Assembly (NCBI RefSeq): GCF_020885515.1 | Contig: NZ_AP024987.1 | Coordinates: 330,001 to 362,000, forward strand | Source: a cyanobacterium endosymbiont of Braarudosphaera bigelowii | GTDB taxonomy: Bacteria; Cyanobacteriota; Cyanobacteriia; Cyanobacteriales; Microcystaceae | Reading direction: 5' to 3' | DNA length: 32,000 nucleotides | In this document: positions 1 to 10,379 of the stretch, piece after piece | How positions within the stretch are numbered: position 1 is the first letter of the stretch | Layout: each line of letters begins with the position of its first letter | Position numbers and translations under genes: made by a program | The notes under the pieces: generated by a model | What the model was told of the DNA's origin: nothing | Database searches by the model: none | Seen by the model: the letters and a program-made list of their open reading frames with translations, nothing else

Positions 1-1
1 T

Positions 2-850
2 GGGTTAATGCAATTTGTTCGTTCTTTCCTAGTTGGAGGACAAATTACTATATACTCTTATGATGAATTAAAAAACAATTTTATTCCGTCTCCTAACAAA
101 AAAAATACTTTTATTTCGTTGGTTCCTACTCAATTCAAATTTTTACTAATAAATAATCTTCATTTTCTACGCAAATTTGCAACTATACTGTTAGGAGGAG
201 GACCTTCTTGGGATTATTTATTAAAAGAAGCTCGAAAATATAAACTGAATTTATCACCAACTTATGGTATGACTGAAACAGCATCTCAGGTTGTTACTTT
301 AAAGCCTCAAGATTTTTTAAAAGGTAACAATAGTCTTGGACAAGTTTTGCCTCATGTGAAAGTTAATATCAAGAGGGAAGACAGAACAGTTCAAATTAAG
401 GCAGATTCATTATTCTATGGATATTATCCTAACTATATTCAGCAACAAAATTTTATTACTGATGATTTAGGATACTTTGATAATAAAAAGTATTTATATG
501 TAATTGGAAGAAATAGTCAGAAAATCATTACAGGTGGAGAAAACGTTTTCCCATTAGAAATTGAAAACACTATCCTAAAAACTGAATTAGTGAACGATGT
601 TTGTGTACTAGGTATTAATAATACCTTCTGGGGAGAAATTTTAGTGGCAGTATACGTTCCTAAAAATGATGATATTGATACCGAAAATATCAAACATTTA
701 ATTAAGCTAAATTTAAGTGCTTATAAACAGCCTAAACATTGGATACGAATTAAATGCTTACCATATAGTGAACAGGGCAAATTAAATTATCAACTACTAA
801 AAAAAATAGCTAAGAAACATATCTCCAATAAATTAATGCAGGGACTTTAA
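2..850 (+). CDS. menE: 2-succinylbenzoate--CoA ligase (AMP-dependent synthetase), C-terminal ~280 aa; 5' end lies outside the window
   Basis: The frame is open to the window edge (codons from nt 2; the ATG at 8 is internal). Adenylate-forming enzyme motifs are present: SLVPTQ, PTYGMTETASQ, GYFD..YLYVIGR, ITGGENVFPLEIE and a C-terminal GKL lysine. The short C-terminal domain is typical of cyanobacterial MenE. Confidence 0.75.
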   Translation, partial: GLMQFVRSFLVGGQITIYSYDELKNNFIPSPNKKNTFISLVPTQFKFLLINNLHFLRKFATILLGGGPSWDYLLKEARKYKLNLSPTYGMTETASQVVTLKPQDFLKGNNSLGQVLPHVKVNIKREDRTVQIKADSLFYGYYPNYIQQQNFITDDLGYFDNKKYLYVIGRNSQKIITGGENVFPLEIENTILKTELVNDVCVLGINNTFWGEILVAVYVPKNDDIDTENIKHLIKLNLSAYKQPKHWIRIKCLPYSEQGKLNYQLLKKIAKKHISNKLMQGL

Positions 851-864
851 GAGTAGTTCCCTGC
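838..864. terminator. GC-rich hairpin (GCAGGGA / TCCCTGC, 13-nt loop) between convergent menE and petF; possible bidirectional terminator
   Basis: The 7-bp inverted repeat was read directly. The left arm overlaps the last menE codons and the stop. Flanks are A/T-rich on both strands, but there is no clean T-run. Confidence 0.45.
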
Positions 865-902
865 ATTAATTGATGCACTAACAATTTTAAATATAATTAA
901 AA

Positions 903-1202
903 TTAATAAAGTGTTTCTTCTTGGTGAGTCATGATAACGCAATCGGATGTAGGATAAGCAACACAAGTAAGAACAAACCCTGCTTCTATTTGATCATCAT
1001 CTAGAAAAGATTGATCAGATTGGTCAACACTTCCTGAAATCAATTTACCGGCACAAGTGGAACAAGCACCTGCTCTACAAGAAAAAGGAATTTCCAAGCC
1101 TTCTTCTTCAGCTACGTCTAGAATATATTCATCTTCTGGAACTTCCAGGGTAGAATTAATTCCTTCATCTTCATTAGTCAAAGTTACTTTATAAGTTGCC
1201 AT
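903..1202 (-). CDS. petF: Plant-type [2Fe-2S] ferredoxin
   Basis: The 99-aa protein starts MATYKVTL and carries the canonical cluster motif [12 protein letters not shown] plus LTCVAYP. The length is typical of Fd I. Confidence 0.95.
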   Translation of the reverse strand: MATYKVTLTNEDEGINSTLEVPEDEYILDVAEEEGLEIPFSCRAGACSTCAGKLISGSVDQSDQSFLDDDQIEAGFVLTCVAYPTSDCVIMTHQEETLY

Positions 1203-1395
1203 GATTGTCTCCTCTTCTCAAGTGAAGAATATTTTATCTTGACAATAAAATTCAAATATATGAACTTTACTGATAAATATCTACTACCTTTGATACTAAG
1301 GGAAAAAACTCTCAAGTATAAGGAGGGATTAGTAATGAGATTCTCAAAGAAACTTCAAATAAGTTTTACTTATGTTTCCTCTTAAGTAAAAAATC

Positions 1396-1441
1396 AATAT
1401 TTACTACAAATATTTCGTAAGTTATATTTGTAGTAAATATT
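1396..1441 (-). terminator. Intrinsic terminator downstream of the GH116 gene
   Basis: Perfect 18-bp inverted repeat AATATTTACTACAAATAT / ATATTTGTAGTAAATATT with a 10-nt loop, 28 nt past the TGA stop at 1470-1472. On the minus strand it is followed by GATTTTTTAC. The stem is AT-rich. Confidence 0.65.
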
Positions 1442-1469
1442 CGATTTAAATTCAATGCATAAGATAAAC

Positions 1470-3914
1470 TCAGTCTGTTAAGCTTGAAACTTTGTTAAGG
1501 GAGGTTGTTTCCTGAAGTTGATAATATACACTCCATATCGCCATAGCACGCAAATAATGGGATGCCCTAAAGGTTCCTGCTGGTGTAATTGCTTCAGGTG
1601 TTCGAAACTGAAGTCCATTTGAATATATTTGTTCGACTATAACTTTTGCTAATTTTAAAGCCTGATTTTTCATTCCCATTTGTATCAAGAAAGCTGATAA
1701 TCCAAAATTTATTCCTATCCAAACTTCTTGAGGATGAGTAGACTTAGGATTCTCTGGTGTACCATCAGGTTTTACACCGTTAGCAGCTCCATACTTTCCA
1801 TCATGAAAATTTAAAAAGCAAGCTTCATAAATTTTTGACAAAGCTAATGTTATGTAGGAAGCATCTACTACATCAGGTAACTTTAGTAAACGTGCGTAAA
1901 ATTGACCACAAAGCTGATCCGTCATGACTGTATCAGAACCACTTTTACTATCTAATTGATAGTACTCTCCATTCCACAAGGTGTGATGGTAAACCAAGCG
2001 AGATTTCCTTAACCAATCTTCATATTTAGTAAGACATTTGTGTATGGAAACTAAAGAATTTTGCGATTCTAAATGAGGATTATTTCTAATATTTTCTAGC
2101 AAAATTTTTCCTATCTTGATTGCAGCTTCCAAAGCAGTAATCCATAAAGCCCCACAATAAGAACTGACTCCGTGTAATTCCCAATCATCAAAAGTCTGGT
2201 CAGGTGCTCCTGAGTTCTCTGGAATACCATCATTATCTAAGTCAAACTTCTTAAGATAATCTAATGTTTCAACTACAGCTGGCCAGCATTCCCATAAAAA
2301 TTTAATATCTTGAGAATTCGTTAACAAAAAATCTCTATAAACTTGTAAAACAAAATCGCTACCTAAATCTTTCCACAGATTACAGTCTTGATAACTGGTA
2401 TAATTTGTTTTCTCCCAGGGATGTTCATTCGGTGCACCCAAGTCATGAGCAACTGCACCTTTGACTTTTCTGACTGCAAGAGACTTGTTGTAACCAATAA
2501 GTCTTAGAGTATCATCACTTTGAAAAATTGATTTTGCAAATGCTTTGATAACTGCTTTCTCTAGACATGGCCATAACATTAATAGTCCAAATGATCCGTA
2601 TAATCTGACATCTAAACTTTCATACCAACGATAATCTATACACTCCAAAACTCCAAATTTACCAACTGGATAATCTTGAGAGGATGTTGTCCAAATAGTT
2701 CCGCCATCAGTCAATAAATATAGTTCGTTAAATAAAGACATCTTAAACCAATTTGGTAAATCCTTATCTTTTAAAATAGGCAATTGAGATTGAATAATTT
2801 GCTCTCGCCATATATCTAAAGATTTTAATCCAGTTTCTGCTATCATCCATGCGTTTTTGCCATCATATCCAAAAAAGTCAGTGTAACGTCTATAATACTT
2901 ATTTCCTAGGGAAAATTCTGTTATAGGTAAATCCCAGGCTATAGTAAAAGGTATTTTTTTCACTTCTCCAGGTTTAAGCGTAAATCTAACTGCCATAGCA
3001 GCAGCAATCTGTTCATCTGAATTAGCTGCAGTTGCGTCTAGTGTATTTGGCAATTTCCCATTCATAGAAAAATGGTTCCAAACTTCAGAGCCATCTCCAC
3101 AAGGATTCCATTTACCTAAATAAAAAAATTCTAGATCAGAATTGTTGGCAGTAGTAAAACAAATTTGTCCTTCGCCCTCATTTATAGAATTATTCGATCG
3201 CAGACGATCCAGGATAAAACCAGACTGGTAACTATCTTGTTTCCAGTCATTGAAGTTCCCTTCACTAGAACCACATTTTGGTAAATATTCATATTCAGGA
3301 CTACCATCATCCCTGACTTTAATCTTTGGAATCTTAATTGAATTTGTAAACCACCCTATCATATTCTGCCAAGTCAACATAATACTCAAGGTAATAGAGT
3401 GATTGGTAGGATTAACTACACTCCATTCGAAAATACCTATAGGATAGCTAGTTTCTCGATAATTATTAGGGACTATAGGTGAAAACTGTTCACAGGTTAT
3501 TTCTGCGTCAAATATTCCTTCATACTTATACCAACTACGAGGATATAGTGCATGATAAGTTCCCTTGTTCTCTGGATACCAATCCCATTTATATAAGGTT
3601 CTATCTTCCGGCTTTTTTGTTGATAGTGCATAGGTTTTAGTTTCTCCATCTTTAGATTTTTCAAAAATACTGAATTGACAAGATGAGATAGTTTTAAAGA
3701 TGTGTTCTCCACCATCTAAGTGCCATAAGTTAAAATCTCCAGCAGAAGAACGTCCAATACAACCTGCTCCAAAGCCTCCTAGTGGCATTCCGTGCCAGGG
3801 ACCATCATCTAGATTACTAGAATATCTTACAGTATATGGATTATCCCAATCTTGGCCAATGGAACGTTGCCAAGTACAAGAAGGAATATTATTATTGAAG
3901 GATGAAGTCTCCAT
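1470..3914 (-). CDS. GH116-family beta-glucosidase (GBA2 / bile-acid beta-glucosidase-type glucosylceramidase homologue)
   Basis: 814 aa with an N-terminal GH116_N-like region (PLGGFGAGCIGR, FNLWHLDGG) and a C-terminal (alpha/alpha)6 catalytic-type region (DGIPENSGAPDQTFDDW). The ORF is intact. Confidence 0.8.
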   Translation of the reverse strand: METSSFNNNIPSCTWQRSIGQDWDNPYTVRYSSNLDDGPWHGMPLGGFGAGCIGRSSAGDFNLWHLDGGEHIFKTISSCQFSIFEKSKDGETKTYALSTKKPEDRTLYKWDWYPENKGTYHALYPRSWYKYEGIFDAEITCEQFSPIVPNNYRETSYPIGIFEWSVVNPTNHSITLSIMLTWQNMIGWFTNSIKIPKIKVRDDGSPEYEYLPKCGSSEGNFNDWKQDSYQSGFILDRLRSNNSINEGEGQICFTTANNSDLEFFYLGKWNPCGDGSEVWNHFSMNGKLPNTLDATAANSDEQIAAAMAVRFTLKPGEVKKIPFTIAWDLPITEFSLGNKYYRRYTDFFGYDGKNAWMIAETGLKSLDIWREQIIQSQLPILKDKDLPNWFKMSLFNELYLLTDGGTIWTTSSQDYPVGKFGVLECIDYRWYESLDVRLYGSFGLLMLWPCLEKAVIKAFAKSIFQSDDTLRLIGYNKSLAVRKVKGAVAHDLGAPNEHPWEKTNYTSYQDCNLWKDLGSDFVLQVYRDFLLTNSQDIKFLWECWPAVVETLDYLKKFDLDNDGIPENSGAPDQTFDDWELHGVSSYCGALWITALEAAIKIGKILLENIRNNPHLESQNSLVSIHKCLTKYEDWLRKSRLVYHHTLWNGEYYQLDSKSGSDTVMTDQLCGQFYARLLKLPDVVDASYITLALSKIYEACFLNFHDGKYGAANGVKPDGTPENPKSTHPQEVWIGINFGLSAFLIQMGMKNQALKLAKVIVEQIYSNGLQFRTPEAITPAGTFRASHYLRAMAIWSVYYQLQETTSLNKVSSLTD

Positions 3915-4151
3915 AGTTTTATATGATAAAAATGTTTTAAAAATTTAAAAAGTATATTGTTTGTATCTAACTAATATAAAAACTTTTAGTAAATGCAGTA
4001 AGTTAAACTGAATATTAATTAAATAATGAAGCGTACTTAAACTTATTAATATTTTGTTGTTTACGTTAAAACTAATTCATGTCATAGCTATTGAATTTAT
4101 CTAAAAGGTAAGTAAAATCGCTATAGATAATTAAATTAATCGATTAATAGT

Positions 4152-5288
<1,137 letters not shown>

Positions 5289-5429
5289 CTAATGAATAAC
5301 GTAAGCGTTATTCATTGCCCAAATAATTAACGCACTGATAAAACCAAGTACCAGAAAAGCTGAAACAGCTACAACGATGGGATTATCTGCCCCATCAAAT
5401 TTCATAAGACCACGATTTAAGTCTGACAT
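5289..5429 (-). CDS. Hypothetical 46-aa single-pass membrane protein (not in ORF track)
   Basis: ATG to TAG, translated by hand: MSDLNRGLMKFDGADNPIVVAVSAFLVLGFISALIIWAMNNAYVIH. It has one hydrophobic helix, runs in the same direction as its neighbours and overlaps no real gene. I do not recognise the family. Confidence 0.45.
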   Translation of the reverse strand: MSDLNRGLMKFDGADNPIVVAVSAFLVLGFISALIIWAMNNAYVIH

Positions 5430-5442
5430 ATAGATTAACCTT

Positions 5443-5484
5443 CTAATAATTAATATAAACTAGCTAATAATTAATATAAACTAA
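5443..5484. repeat. Tandem direct repeat, exact 20-mer CTAATAATTAATATAAACTA at 21-bp period (2 copies)
   Basis: Read directly. It lies 14-55 nt upstream of the ATG of the 46-aa ORF (minus strand) and contains -10-like TATATT/TATTAA strings. Confidence 0.8.
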
Positions 5485-5891
5485 ATTAGCACGTATTAGC
5501 GGCATAGGTTAACTATACTTTAACTATTGAAAAAAATTGCGAAGTGCCTATATGGATATACATATTTTCTATTTACGAATGTTGCGATACAGTTAAGAAA
5601 AGCTAGAAAATTATTAAATTTAGAAATGTGAGGATTAGTTTTTCACATGTAAATAGTTAAATAAGCTACTAAATCTTGCGGACTCTAATATTCTAAGAAA
5701 CATTGTTAGATGATCTTAATTAACTTTAGCCAGTTTGTTAAAAAAATTAACTTATACTTGGTTGAATTACATTAATAAAATAATAATAGGAATATCTTAT
5801 TTAGTTCACCAATGACTATTCCACGTCAGCAAAACTTTCATCAATTTTTTTCAATTTTTTTGCTAAAGGTATTGCTGACGTACTAATCAAA

Positions 5892-6068
5892 TTACTCTTC
5901 TTCTTCAGTTTCTTCATCTTTCGGGTAGATAAAGCTATTAGAACGGCCTGAAAGAACCGATTTTCCTAAAGATAATGCTTTAGCAGCTTGTATAGCTGCT
6001 GTACGTTTCCAATGCGCTTTACGATGATCTCGTTTAGAATTAGAAGTTTTTTTCTTGGGAACTGCCAT
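5892..6068 (-). CDS. rpmF: 50S ribosomal protein L32 (not in ORF track)
   Basis: Hand translation gives [58 protein letters not shown] (58 aa). The [17 protein letters not shown]-terminus is the L32 signature. Confidence 0.9.
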   Translation of the reverse strand: MAVPKKKTSNSKRDHRKAHWKRTAAIQAAKALSLGKSVLSGRSNSFIYPKDEETEEEE

Positions 6069-6405
6069 TAGATTTGACTATAAATTAGTAAACAGCTTAT
6101 CTATTTTACTGTACATTAAAGTTTATTAGCTACTTTGACAATCAATTACGTAGAAATTCCTTTTATAAGTCAATAAGTAAAAGTGCTCAGAATTATTCAG
6201 TTAGTTTCAATTGTAAAATAGACTATTGTTGAACAATATATAGTTAATGGCAATTTAATTAGAAAGTTGAAGATTGAGAAATATTATCTAGCAGTTTTTT
6301 CATCTAAATTTTTAGCATATAACAAAAAAAACGATTTGTTAACCAATCTACATGTAAAGTATTGATTGATAATATAATAGTATTACTTTCGTTGATTATA
6401 TGTAT

Positions 6406-8046
6406 TTATCTAATCGAATATTCTGATGCCTCGTATGGTCTTAATAAGGATTTTGCTTGATAAAAATAGAAAGTTTCAACTACTACTCCTCCTCGTTTTA
6501 TATCAACTTTACCAATCTCACTCATTTCTTCAAAGAAAGAACGGAATTCATTAGTTAAATCAGGCATTTCATGAAATCTTTTTAATGTAATATAAAGAGC
6601 ATTTTTCTTTACTAATTGATTCATATCTGTCCAAAAAATAAAACCTCGTCTATCATAGCTAAAGCAAGTGACAGGAATGGGATGTAAAGGTCTTAAAGCA
6701 AGATCAATTAGGCCACTTAAGTAGTAAGCATTTGTAAATATGAAATCATTATTGTGCAAAGCATTTAATAATAAAGGTGAATGAGAAACACCCTTTCTTA
6801 GTTGTTTTATATCGATAAGTTCTGTAGAAGGATCAGCTTTAGAACTCAAGAATCCTCCTAAAATACTATATTTACTTTCCTTCAGAAGAAATCCTGTATT
6901 TATATGGACTAATATAAATAGTAAGCAACAACTAATTAAAACTATGTTGATTTTTAACCATCTTCCTATTACTTTCTTGGAATTATTTTGCCACTTCTCA
7001 ATATAAAAACCCAACAATAATATTAACCCCCAGAATCCGGGCATTGGCCAAGTTGCTAGAATTTGTTCTTTTCCTGCTAAGATGTTTAAACCTAGTATTA
7101 AAGGTAAAGATATCCAGAGTATAAATAATTTCTTTTTCCATAAATATTTTTCATCTTCTGTCTCAGTTTTGTTATTTATAAATACAAATAGTTTAGTAAA
7201 TATTGTTTTTACAGTCACCCACCATAAGGGAATACTAATAGTTGGAAACAATAACCCAAGATTAGTTAAAAATACAGTTATGGTATTCAATATGTTATAA
7301 GGTTTAGATACAGGTGAAAATCTTCCAAAAAGCTGAAACTTTAGTGATATCCAATCGTGTTGATAATTCCAAAATATCAACGGGAACAATGCTGTGATGA
7401 AAAAAGTAAATCCAAGTAGGCACCAACCAGAAAATATGGCACGGCGATAAGTTTGGTTGCATAGACAAAATGTAAATAGACAAAAGCCTAATACAAAACC
7501 ATGATATTTACTTAAGCATGTTAATCCAATTAAAATTCCTAAAACGCTTAAGCGGTAAGTAGGACGATAGTTTGTATTTTTTTTAGGAAAGAATTCACAA
7601 GTAGAGCAATATATGGAAGCAGACCAAAAAAATATTAAAGGACTATCAGGTAGTGTTATTGTCCCAAAACCAATTTGAAAAATTGGAACAATTGAAGCAA
7701 TAATTAGGGTTATCTTAGCTACTCTCCAACTAAACAACTTCATACTAGTCATATACAGTAGAAAAAGGCTCCCTGTATATAAAAGTAACGTTCCAATCCG
7801 AAGAGTGAATGGAGAAGTAATACCCGTAAACCAAATACCAAAACCAGTTGTTAAAGCCACAAAGATAGGATGATCGAAAAAGCTCCAATCTAAGTTTCGA
7901 GTGTATAGATAATAATATCCTTCGTCATAACCAGGCAATAACCAAAAAGCAATGATTGAACGAAAAAATAAGCCAAAAAGTAAAATATAGAAAATTGACA
8001 ACTGATTGTTTGAAGAAATATTTTTTTTATACAAAATATAAATCAA
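6406..8046 (-). CDS. GT-C fold glycosyltransferase, family 39 (ArnT/PMT-like)
   Basis: 546 aa and polytopic, with the first-loop acidic motif GYDEGYYY typical of GT39/GT83 enzymes. The start is uncertain: TTG at 8046, and no ATG codon before residue 99. Confidence 0.75.
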   Translation of the reverse strand: MIYILYKKNISSNNQLSIFYILLFGLFFRSIIAFWLLPGYDEGYYYLYTRNLDWSFFDHPIFVALTTGFGIWFTGITSPFTLRIGTLLLYTGSLFLLYMTSMKLFSWRVAKITLIIASIVPIFQIGFGTITLPDSPLIFFWSASIYCSTCEFFPKKNTNYRPTYRLSVLGILIGLTCLSKYHGFVLGFCLFTFCLCNQTYRRAIFSGWCLLGFTFFITALFPLIFWNYQHDWISLKFQLFGRFSPVSKPYNILNTITVFLTNLGLLFPTISIPLWWVTVKTIFTKLFVFINNKTETEDEKYLWKKKLFILWISLPLILGLNILAGKEQILATWPMPGFWGLILLLGFYIEKWQNNSKKVIGRWLKINIVLISCCLLFILVHINTGFLLKESKYSILGGFLSSKADPSTELIDIKQLRKGVSHSPLLLNALHNNDFIFTNAYYLSGLIDLALRPLHPIPVTCFSYDRRGFIFWTDMNQLVKKNALYITLKRFHEMPDLTNEFRSFFEEMSEIGKVDIKRGGVVVETFYFYQAKSLLRPYEASEYSIR

Positions 8047-8439
8047 TAAATATTTTATTAATTATCTAGATTAGACAGTGTAACATCCTTTATATTATTT
8101 CTGTAAATCTTCACTTTCAAAAGTTTTTGGGAAATAAATATTTATATCATGGTATTAATAGCTTGTACTTTAAGTCTCTCTTAATATCACTATGAATAAG
8201 TAAAAACACTATTAAAGCAATTTAATCAATTAAATATTATTTTCTTCTTTAAAAATAGGATTTACTACTAAAAATATATTGAAGGTACATTTTTATAAAC
8301 TGTATAACATGACAGTTTTATGTAAACTATTAATACTAAGACATAACTTCATTATAAAAAATGTTCTAATATCTTAGATTTTAGGAATGTTTTCCAGTAC
8401 GATGGAATAAATATATCTATCTAGTTCAGGGAAAATATT

Positions 8440-8556
8440 ATGATTGAACCCCTACTCATGGGCATTGTATTAGGACTTATTCCAATCACTTTATCTGGAT
8501 TGTTTGTCTCTGCATATTTACAATATAAGCGTAGCAACCAACTTAACTTGGACTAA
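8440..8556 (+). CDS. petG: Cytochrome b6-f complex subunit 5 (PetG) (not in ORF track)
   Basis: Hand translation gives [38 protein letters not shown] (38 aa). This closely matches the conserved PetG pattern M.EPLL.GIVLGL..(V/I)TL.GLF..AY.QY.R. Confidence 0.9.
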   Translation: MIEPLLMGIVLGLIPITLSGLFVSAYLQYKRSNQLNLD

Positions 8557-8574
8557 GTTTCTATGTAATTAAAT

Positions 8575-8602
8575 GGAACCCTATCATGAATGATAGGGTT
8601 CC
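8575..8602 (+). terminator. Hairpin downstream of petG (GGAACCCTATCA tgaa TGATAGGGTTCC)
   Basis: Perfect 12-bp stem with a 4-nt loop, 19 nt after the petG stop. A TTTT run occurs only about 10 nt further on, so the terminator call is moderate. Confidence 0.6.
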
Positions 8603-8658
8603 ATAATACGATTTTAATCATGTTCTACTGATTAGGTTCAGGTTAAATATATAAATAA

Positions 8659-10137
8659 ATGTCTACTAAAAATAATCTCCAAACTTCAAGTTCTCAGTCT
8701 ATAAAATTGTTACCTAAAATCGGATTACTAACAATGTTCCGATTGGGTTTATTTCAAATGGGTTTAGGAATTATGTCTTTACTGACCTTAGGCGTTATAA
8801 ACCGAGTCATGATTGATGAGTTAAAAGTTATTCCTTGGGTTGCGGCTGTAGCAATTGCTATGTATCAATTTGTGAGTCCTGCAAAAATTTGGTTTGGACA
8901 AATGTCAGATTCAAAACCGATAAAAGGATATCATAGAACAGTCTATATATGGATTGGAGCAGCCTTTTTTACAAGTCTTTCTTATCTAGCACTTCAGGTA
9001 GCCTGGAAACTTGGTCAAAGTATACAGAATATAGGTTGGGAATGGAGGACTGATATATGGGCTATTGTATTAGGGTTGGTTTTTGCTTGTTATGGATTAG
9101 CTCTTAGTATGAGTTCAACTCCCTTCGCTGCATTATTAGTTGATATCTCTGATGATGATAACAGATCTCAACTAATAGGTATAGTATGGTCAATGTTAAT
9201 GATAGGTATTGTAATCGGGGCAATTATAAGCTCACAATTACTAAATACTCCTGAAATTTGTGGACCTAGCATTATGACATATAACTCAAGCCAAGGTTCT
9301 AAGATAGTTGATATAAGTGTTTTAAAAAATACTGTTAATCCTGTCTTCGTTTTAATGCCAATGATTGTTTTAGGACTATGTTTGATATCTACATGGGGAA
9401 TAGAGTCAAATTATTCCAGATTCTCTACACGTTCAAATCATAGTCAGAGAGAGGATCAAATTACTCTAAAAGAATCTCTAAAAGTTTTAACAGCAAGTCG
9501 TCAAACTTTTGTTTTTTTCAGCTTTATACTCATATTGACCCTCAGCTTATTTATGCAAGATGCTGTTATGGAACCTTATGGAGGTGAAGTGTTTGGAATG
9601 TGTATTTCTGAAACAACACAGTTAAATGCTTTTTTTGGAATGGGTACTCTTTTTGGTATAGGATTAACAGGTTTTTTAATATTGCCAAAATTAGGTAAGA
9701 AACAAACTACTAAGATAGGTTGTATATTCTCAATAATATGCTTTACTCTGATTATTTTCTCTGGTGTTATGGAGAGTCAAAATTTATTAAAGTTTGGACT
9801 ACTCCTGTTAGGATTGGCGTCAGGGACAATTACAGCAGGGGCAACTAGCTTAATGTTAGATTTAACAGTTGCAGAAACTGCAGGTACTTTTATAGGAGCT
9901 TGGGGATTATCTCAAGCAATGGCTAGAGGCTTTTCAACTGTATTAGGTGGAGTTATTTTGTATATTGGGAAGTCAATATTTTCTACTCCAGTTTTCTCTT
10001 ACAGTCTTGTATTTTTAATGCAAAGTATAGGTATGTTGTTTGCCATTAATGTTTTAAAGTATGTCAGTGTAAAAGAATTTCAAAATGATGCAAAATCGGC
10101 AATTTCTGTTGTTATGGAAGGAGATCTAGAAGGTTAA
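8659..10137 (+). CDS. BCD (bacteriochlorophyll delivery) / PucC-LhaA family MFS transporter
   Basis: 492 aa with about 12 TM segments. The N-terminal signature FRLGLFQMGLGIMSLLTLGVINRVMIDEL is characteristic of PucC-family proteins. Confidence 0.8.
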   Translation: MSTKNNLQTSSSQSIKLLPKIGLLTMFRLGLFQMGLGIMSLLTLGVINRVMIDELKVIPWVAAVAIAMYQFVSPAKIWFGQMSDSKPIKGYHRTVYIWIGAAFFTSLSYLALQVAWKLGQSIQNIGWEWRTDIWAIVLGLVFACYGLALSMSSTPFAALLVDISDDDNRSQLIGIVWSMLMIGIVIGAIISSQLLNTPEICGPSIMTYNSSQGSKIVDISVLKNTVNPVFVLMPMIVLGLCLISTWGIESNYSRFSTRSNHSQREDQITLKESLKVLTASRQTFVFFSFILILTLSLFMQDAVMEPYGGEVFGMCISETTQLNAFFGMGTLFGIGLTGFLILPKLGKKQTTKIGCIFSIICFTLIIFSGVMESQNLLKFGLLLLGLASGTITAGATSLMLDLTVAETAGTFIGAWGLSQAMARGFSTVLGGVILYIGKSIFSTPVFSYSLVFLMQSIGMLFAINVLKYVSVKEFQNDAKSAISVVMEGDLEG

Positions 10138-10379
10138 TTCAGTACCTTAATTAAAAATATTATACGTGGTAAAAAAATAAGAAAGTTATCTATAATTTTT
10201 TATGGCTCACAATATACTCGATAGCCTTCACAACAAAACTATTATTTTATCTAAATATTAAAATTTTTCTAAAAGCGACATCTTTAAAAAATTGAACTAC
10301 TGTAAATTTAATAAAAGTAAAGCACTTATACTTCAATATTTGACTTTACTATTTTTTAAACATACTATGAAATTTAATT

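Noticed and set aside
3497-3948. ORF-track entries 3497..3715 (-) and 3700..3948 (+), 72 and 82 aa
   Set aside because: Both lie within, or largely within, the well-supported GH116 CDS, in other frames or on the other strand. Their translations are low-complexity with no recognisable motifs, so they are shadow ORFs.
4135-4148. 14-nt perfect palindrome ATTAATCGATTAAT just downstream of the DUF21-CBS gene
   Set aside because: It has no spacer, is nearly all A/T, has no T-run and is too short to stand out from the background. It is not a credible terminator.
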